From positions 704,696-768,695 of the forward strand of contig CAWBPL010000002.1 in the NCBI GenBank assembly GCA_963790805.1: a stretch of 64,000 nucleotides of DNA, given 5' to 3'. This DNA comes from Candidatus Gottesmanbacteria bacterium. GTDB lineage: Bacteria > Patescibacteriota > Microgenomatia > UBA10105 > UBA927. Below, in pieces: positions 58,841 to 64,000 of this stretch. Position numbers and translations under genes: made by a program. How positions within the stretch are numbered: the stretch's first letter is position 1; every line of letters starts with the position of its first letter. The notes below the pieces were generated by a model that saw only the letters and a list, made by a program, of their open reading frames with translations, was not told the DNA's origin and ran no database searches.

Positions 58841-59926
58841 ATGAGCATGTTTTCCCGCTTTACCAAACGTTTGGGTATTGACCTTGGCACCGCCAATAGT
58901 CTCGTGTGGCTGGCGGGCGAGGGGGTAGTCCTTAATGAGCCCACGGTGGTTGCAGTAACCGTTGATGACAACCGCGTGGTTGCCGTCGGCAACGAAGCCA
59001 AAGAAATGCTCGGGCGAACGCCCGGTAATATCGGCGTCTCGCGGCCAATGCGCGACGGCGTCATAGCGGATTATCGTATTACAGAAGCATTACTCTCTTA
59101 TTTTATCGACCGTGTTGTCGGCCGGAACCGTTTTTTTAAGCCGGAAGTCATGATTTGTGTGCCGGCCGGTGTCACGCAGGTGGAACGAAGAGCTGTATTG
59201 GATGCGACGCTTTCGGCTGGCGCAAAAGTGGCGTACCTTATCGACGAACCGCTGGCTGCCGCAATCGGCGCCAAGATTCCGATTGCTCAGGCGTCGGGTC
59301 ACATGGTTGTTGATATCGGCGGCGGGTCAACGGAGGCCGCAGTTGTGTCGTTGGGAGGCGTGGTTGTTCATAAAAGTGCGCGAGTTGCCGGAAACAAGGT
59401 CGATGAAGCGATCGCACTATATATAAAGAGAAACTACAACCTCATCATAGGTGAGCGGATGGCTGAAACGATAAAAATTACCATAGGAGATGCTACTGCT
59501 GGGCAGGAAGCTTCATTTTCCAAATCCGGACCGAAACATATGCCAGTTGTTAAGCCGCAGGAGGTACAGGGGTTGGCTCACTCGATAGAAGTTCGCGGCC
59601 GCGACGCAGTGACTGGTCTGCCGCGAATGATAGAGTTAACGCGCGAGGAAGTAAGTCAGGCAATTACGCCGACTCTACATCTTATTATTTCCGCGGTGAA
59701 AGCGGTACTTGAAGAAACCCCCCCCGAGTTGGCAGCTGACATTATCGATAAAGGAATTGTCATGGCAGGAGGAACGAGTTTACTTACTAACTTGGATAAA
59801 CTGATGACGAGTATGACGGGAGTCGTTTGTCACGTCGCGGAAGAGCCGCTGTTATGTGTTGTTCGGGGGACCGGAGTGGCGATAGAAAATATCGAATTGT
59901 ATAAAAGAAGTATAAACAGAAAATGA
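58841..59926 (+). CDS. mreB: rod shape-determining protein MreB
   Basis: GIDLGTANSLVW, DGVIADY, VDIGGGSTEAAVVSLGG and IVMAGGTSLL (actin-fold motifs). I prefer ATG 58841 to the upstream TTG. There is a ~20-aa insertion around ATAGQEASFSKSGPKHMPVVKPQEVQG. Confidence 0.9.
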   Translation: MSMFSRFTKRLGIDLGTANSLVWLAGEGVVLNEPTVVAVTVDDNRVVAVGNEAKEMLGRTPGNIGVSRPMRDGVIADYRITEALLSYFIDRVVGRNRFFKPEVMICVPAGVTQVERRAVLDATLSAGAKVAYLIDEPLAAAIGAKIPIAQASGHMVVDIGGGSTEAAVVSLGGVVVHKSARVAGNKVDEAIALYIKRNYNLIIGERMAETIKITIGDATAGQEASFSKSGPKHMPVVKPQEVQGLAHSIEVRGRDAVTGLPRMIELTREEVSQAITPTLHLIISAVKAVLEETPPELAADIIDKGIVMAGGTSLLTNLDKLMTSMTGVVCHVAEEPLLCVVRGTGVAIENIELYKRSINRK

Positions 59927-60190
59927 CGTGATTTTTGAGGGTCTTTGGGGTTGCATTTATCTTGTATTGTTGATTATAGACTTATAGGATGTTAAAATCG
60001 ACAAAATATATACAACATTAGGATATTGTCGTCAATTTTATAAAATAGCCTAGAACGCAATGTTTACAATAACGGTTTTGCATGTGAGGCGAGATTGTTT
60101 TAGCAAATAAATCGATCTTAATAATTTATTTGTTCATTCATTTTTGCCTGAAGTGTTTAACCGGTAAATTGATAACCTATTTTTTTAACT

Positions 60191-61078
60191 ATGAGACTTC
60201 ATGCGGTAAAAATGCTGAAAATAAACATAACAAATTCTTCAAAAAATGAAATCTTAGAGTTTTTTCGAAAAAGTCTACAAGAAAAAGGAAACATTAAAGT
60301 CTCACAAGGACAAACCGAGAAAAAAATCTTCACAATCGCAACGCCGAACCCCGAACAGATCATGTATGCGCAAAATCACGGACATTTTCGGGACACCCTT
60401 AATCGGGCCGATGTGACAATCCCAGATGGGGTAGGTGTCGTATGGGCAAATCGCATGTTATCGTCTCGAAGTGTCAAAAAGCATCAGGATTCGGTTACCA
60501 AGGTAATTTCCGGCATTGAGTTCATGGAAGACCTTGTCGATCTTGCTTCAAAAGAGAGCGTTGCTATCGCACTTATAGGAGGTACGAACAGTTTAGCAAT
60601 CAAGGCTTTGGACTGCTTATCAGAAAAGCATCAGGGACTGCTTGTGACGCGAAAAAAATCAGGGAATTTGGGGCAAAGTTTTGCTGAAGACGGACCGAAA
60701 ATAGTTGTTGAGAATGATGAGTTAAGAATAAAAAATGAAAACGAAAAAATCTATTTTCATGGGTTAGCAAAGAAAATTACAGACCAAAAGGTGCAGATGG
60801 TTTTTGTTGGACTTGGTGCACCAAAGCAGGAATATTTTATAGAAACTTTGACGCATCAATTACAAAACTTGCGCCCCAAATTTCCAATAGTTTGCATGTC
60901 AGTCGGCGGATCGTTTGATGAAATAGCAGGGGATATTCCTCGCGCCCCCCAATGGGTGATAGCACTCAGTTTGAAATGGTTTTGGCGGCTGGTTTTGGAG
61001 CCGTGGAGGATAAAACGCCAGTTTGCGTTGGTTCAGTTCGTCTTTCTGGTGCTTCAAGAACGATATAGTTCGAAATAG
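60191..61078 (+). CDS. WecB/TagA/CpsF family glycosyltransferase
   Basis: IATPNPEQIMYAQN..., DVTIPDGVGVVWA and FVGLGAPKQEYFI are family signatures. Confidence 0.8.
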   Translation: MRLHAVKMLKINITNSSKNEILEFFRKSLQEKGNIKVSQGQTEKKIFTIATPNPEQIMYAQNHGHFRDTLNRADVTIPDGVGVVWANRMLSSRSVKKHQDSVTKVISGIEFMEDLVDLASKESVAIALIGGTNSLAIKALDCLSEKHQGLLVTRKKSGNLGQSFAEDGPKIVVENDELRIKNENEKIYFHGLAKKITDQKVQMVFVGLGAPKQEYFIETLTHQLQNLRPKFPIVCMSVGGSFDEIAGDIPRAPQWVIALSLKWFWRLVLEPWRIKRQFALVQFVFLVLQERYSSK

Positions 61079-61112
61079 ATTGATAGTAGTGGTTCTGCCA
61101 TTTACGGAAAAC

Positions 61113-61259
61113 GCGGAGAATCCATTCGACGCTCTCGTCCTATACCGGATCTATCCATCTGCTTCATCGCGTCTATTGTTCACACAACTGTCTTTTTTGG
61201 AACAATTCAACATTCGGGAAGCATTCGTATAGGACTCGACCGCGAATGGGAATCTCCGC
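61113..61259. repeat. palindromic interspersed repeat, family D copy 2
   Basis: The ~32-nt arms GCGGAGAATCCATTCGACGCTCTCGTCCTATA and TATAGGACTCGACCGCGAATGGGAATCTCCGC are imperfectly complementary. The TTCGACGCTCTCGTCC block is shared with 35863-35890. Confidence 0.7.
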
Positions 61260-61330
61260 TCCGTTTTTCACGTTTGCCACCCGTAAAAATAAAGCGGAGA
61301 TTATTGAAAACCGTGCGCGTAACCATGTTG

Positions 61331-61470
61331 TGGACAACTTGAACCCCGCCGCTAGTCGTATTGAAATATAAAGACTGTAACGGCGGGGTTCATTTAGTGA
61401 GGATTGAAAATATCTTCATGATTCATTATGAGCATACCGAACGGGTCCCAACAACATGTTGTTACGCGTA
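61331..61470. repeat. palindromic interspersed repeat, family E copy 2 (reverse orientation)
   Basis: The reverse complement shares the conserved blocks of 3096-3272. Confidence 0.75.
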
Positions 61471-61575
61471 CGGTTTCGCAACACAAAATGGGGAGAGATC
61501 CGTATGCACGCGTTTATAACGATACAGTTTGAATCATATTGATATATTATAGGGCATCCGTGCTATAATGCTCCT

Positions 61576-63099
61576 ATGACCACTCAACCCCGTAAAATTC
61601 TTTTTGTTTGTGCCGAGGTCGCACCGTTTGCATCTATCGGTGGTTTAGCGCAGGTGGCGTACTTTTTGCCAAAGGCGCTTAAAAAACTTGGTGCGGAGGT
61701 TGCCATATTTATGCCGCGTTACGGTACGATTGATGAGAAGAAATATCATATCAAACCATATCTTACCGGATTAAAAGTACCAACAGGGGAAACACACGGA
61801 GTGACTGAGCTTATCTGTAATGTGAAAGTGCGGGAGGGAACGAAGCGCGAACCGACGGTGTATTTTTTGGAAAACATGGAATATTACGAGAAACGGGCGA
61901 ATGTGTATGGGTATAGTGATGACCATATCCGTTTTGCGCTTTTGTCCCGCGGGGCTCTGGAATTTATAAAAGCGACGGACATGCGCCCGACGATTGTCCA
62001 CTGTAACGACTGGCATACCGGATATCTGGCAAATTACCTTCGGGGTGCCTATAAAAATGATCCGGCATTCAAAAGTGTTTCCACGGTGTTTACCATTCAT
62101 AATATGCGCAATCAAGGTGTGTTTGATTTCCGCTTTGCCAGTCCTATGGATTTCGATGACGGGAAATCATCGCTCGCGTCATTTTTTGCGCCCCAACTCA
62201 GGAAACAGAATGCGCTGAAGCGCGGGATTATGTATAGCGATCTGGTAAATAGTGTATCAGACACATACAGCCGTGAGATTATGACACCCGAATACGGTGA
62301 AGGCTTGAACGAACTTCTCAAAGAACTTCGTACAAAAGTATTCGGGGTTTTGAACGGTCTGGATTATGCGGATTTTGATCCGACCATCGACCGGTTTATT
62401 AAAAAGAACTATTCGTGGCGGACGCTTGCGGACCGGCAGATTAACAAGCGGGATTTACAACGCTCGTTTAGCCTTACGGTAGACCCGAGAATTCCGATTC
62501 TGGCATATAGCGGAAGGCTTGATGATCAGAAAGGTCTGGATTTACTGGTAGAGGTATTGCCGACGCTTCTTATGGAATATCATGTGCAGTTTATCGTCAT
62601 CGGTACCGGAAATCCCAAGTATCGCGATTTTTTCACGAAGCTGGAGCTTCAGTTTCCGGGGCTAGTCGGCACGCATTTAATGAGTGACTTTGTGTTGCCG
62701 CGTAGAGTGTTTGCCGGTGCGGATATGATGCTTCTTCCATCAAAATTTGAACCAGGGGGAATCGTCGTCATTGAAGGTATGCGATATGGAGCAGTACCGG
62801 TAGTGCGCAGCACCGGAGGATTAGCTGATATTGTGACCGATTTTGATCCGGAACATAACACTGGTAACGGGTTTACATTTCATAACTATAATAAACTATC
62901 TCTTTTTGGTGCAATTATCCGTGCGATACAGGTGTACCGCAACGATAAATTATGGAGCGATCTAACCCGCAGGGTCATGAAAGAAGATGTTTCTTGGGAA
63001 AAAGCCGCGCGCCAATATCAGGATCTCTACGACCGCGCGATTGAATTTCGCCGCGACCGCCAGTCGCCGGTTGCCGCAGTGGGGAAAAGAATCGAATAG
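61576..63099 (+). CDS. glgA: glycogen/starch synthase (GT5)
   Basis: KILFVCAEVAPFASIGGLAQVAYFLPKAL (the K-x-G-G-L type N-terminal motif), HCNDWHTGY and LLPSKFEPGGIVVIEGMRYGAVPVV. Confidence 0.9.
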   Translation: MTTQPRKILFVCAEVAPFASIGGLAQVAYFLPKALKKLGAEVAIFMPRYGTIDEKKYHIKPYLTGLKVPTGETHGVTELICNVKVREGTKREPTVYFLENMEYYEKRANVYGYSDDHIRFALLSRGALEFIKATDMRPTIVHCNDWHTGYLANYLRGAYKNDPAFKSVSTVFTIHNMRNQGVFDFRFASPMDFDDGKSSLASFFAPQLRKQNALKRGIMYSDLVNSVSDTYSREIMTPEYGEGLNELLKELRTKVFGVLNGLDYADFDPTIDRFIKKNYSWRTLADRQINKRDLQRSFSLTVDPRIPILAYSGRLDDQKGLDLLVEVLPTLLMEYHVQFIVIGTGNPKYRDFFTKLELQFPGLVGTHLMSDFVLPRRVFAGADMMLLPSKFEPGGIVVIEGMRYGAVPVVRSTGGLADIVTDFDPEHNTGNGFTFHNYNKLSLFGAIIRAIQVYRNDKLWSDLTRRVMKEDVSWEKAARQYQDLYDRAIEFRRDRQSPVAAVGKRIE

Positions 63100-63171
63100 C
63101 TGCCCCGTCTGTCTTGACTTTTCTTTCCATTGGAGTATAACGTAGCCATCCTGCTTAACAAAGGAGTATGT

Positions 63172-63723
63172 ATGTCAGATGAATATGAAAAGAAACTAGA
63201 TGTTCAAAAAGACTTTAAGTCGTTAAAAGAGAAAAAACAGAAAGTGCCATTGACCATAAGAAAGATAGGCGAAGAAGAACAGAAGAATCTGATGCGATTA
63301 ATCCGAAGGGAAAAACTTATTACTCCGCCAGAGGGTGAATCAGGAGTTGAACTTGATGGTGTTGTGCTTAATGTTTCCGACCGCCCGCCACTCGTTATAC
63401 TTGCGCCGAAGAAAGTTGCAAATACGCTTCAAGATCAGGGGAGAATAACCGGTGCGTCAGGTGATACGTCGTATAACGTGAAAATAAAAATGGACGGTAT
63501 AAACCCCGATAACGAAAAACCTCTTGAGAGCGTCGAATTGTCCCTTGATTCATTTAGAGGAAGTCTGGAAAGAGTTCGGTATTATTTGTCTGCCGAGGAT
63601 TATGACGTAGTTTTTGCAAAGGACGTCAGCCGTCCGGATTCGAGAAAATCGCCGCAATTTATTCTCGCTGTGGTAGGTGTTGGCGGACAAAAAGAACCGG
63701 TAGTCGCGGCGAATGTCGGGTAA
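63172..63723 (+). CDS. hypothetical protein
   Basis: The ORF has AAGGAG 5 nt upstream of ATG 63172. The track's TTG 63130 start is less likely. No recognisable motif. Confidence 0.45.
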   Translation: MSDEYEKKLDVQKDFKSLKEKKQKVPLTIRKIGEEEQKNLMRLIRREKLITPPEGESGVELDGVVLNVSDRPPLVILAPKKVANTLQDQGRITGASGDTSYNVKIKMDGINPDNEKPLESVELSLDSFRGSLERVRYYLSAEDYDVVFAKDVSRPDSRKSPQFILAVVGVGGQKEPVVAANVG

Positions 63724-63763
63724 AATAGCATCCGGCTTATATTTTATTACCCTTTAGGGTATA

Positions 63764-64000
63764 ATGGCCTCAATGCGCATCATGTTTTTGTACATGTTCC
63801 CTCTGTGGGGCAATGGGTCAGGCGCCTGGCTTCGAGCTCTCGCTGCTGAAATGGTCAAAGACGGCAATGAGGTAGCCATTGTTTCCCCCGAACACCGCAC
63901 GCTTCCCGGCATCAAACATTATCTCGTCACACCTCCGCAGATGGGCGTATTTGTCGGCAACCCCGAGCTTCCCGGTATTAAAAAGTATGAGGATATGAGC
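63764..64000 (+). CDS. putative glycosyltransferase, N-terminal fragment (runs off the window)
   Basis: The frame is open from ATG 63764 (or 63773) to the window end. MRIMFLYMFPLWGNGSGAWLRALAAEMVKDGNEVAIVSP resembles the N-terminus of GT4-type enzymes. A TATAAT box lies at about 63758-63763. Confidence 0.45.
   Translation, partial: MASMRIMFLYMFPLWGNGSGAWLRALAAEMVKDGNEVAIVSPEHRTLPGIKHYLVTPPQMGVFVGNPELPGIKKYEDMS

Overview
This window looks like a fragment of a small, gene-dense bacterial genome of about 50% GC. I infer a CPR/Patescibacteria-like origin from several traits: PT-rich linkers, sortases with non-canonical sorting signals, divergent housekeeping genes carrying insertions, tRNAs without encoded CCA, and many orphan ORFs.

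Recognisable genes:
- Translation and nucleotide metabolism: argS (3' end), lepA, ndk, maf, tRNA-Pro(CGG), tRNA-Arg(CCT).
- Signalling: a PAS-GAF-GGDEF cyclase.
- Surface display: two sortase/substrate pairs.
- Energy: a divergent F1 ATP synthase cluster (b-like, delta, alpha, gamma, beta, and an epsilon that has only its N-terminal domain).
- Envelope and sugars: an M23-peptidase giant secreted protein, a SAM methyltransferase, two GT2 glycosyltransferases plus a 952-aa polytopic membrane protein, an M16 peptidase, a PEGA/TolB-like protein, mreB, a WecB/TagA-family transferase and glgA.

The dominant feature is a gene of about 17.6 kb (13376-31000). It encodes two N-terminal integrase-SAM-like domains, one TM helix, about 15.5 kb of Gly-X-Thr collagen-like triplets and a globular C-terminal domain. 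An M23 peptidoglycan-hydrolase gene follows immediately. As sequenced, the collagen frame is broken about 31 times, and 29 of those breaks lie in 15.99-21.64 kb. I think these are most likely homopolymer indel errors in near-identical tandem repeats, but real decay cannot be excluded.

The second notable feature is a modular family of imperfect palindromic (REP/MITE/RPE-like) elements. They fill almost every long spacer, sit inside the atp operon, and are inserted in frame into lepA.

I saw no CRISPR array, transposase, catalytic integrase or reverse transcriptase.
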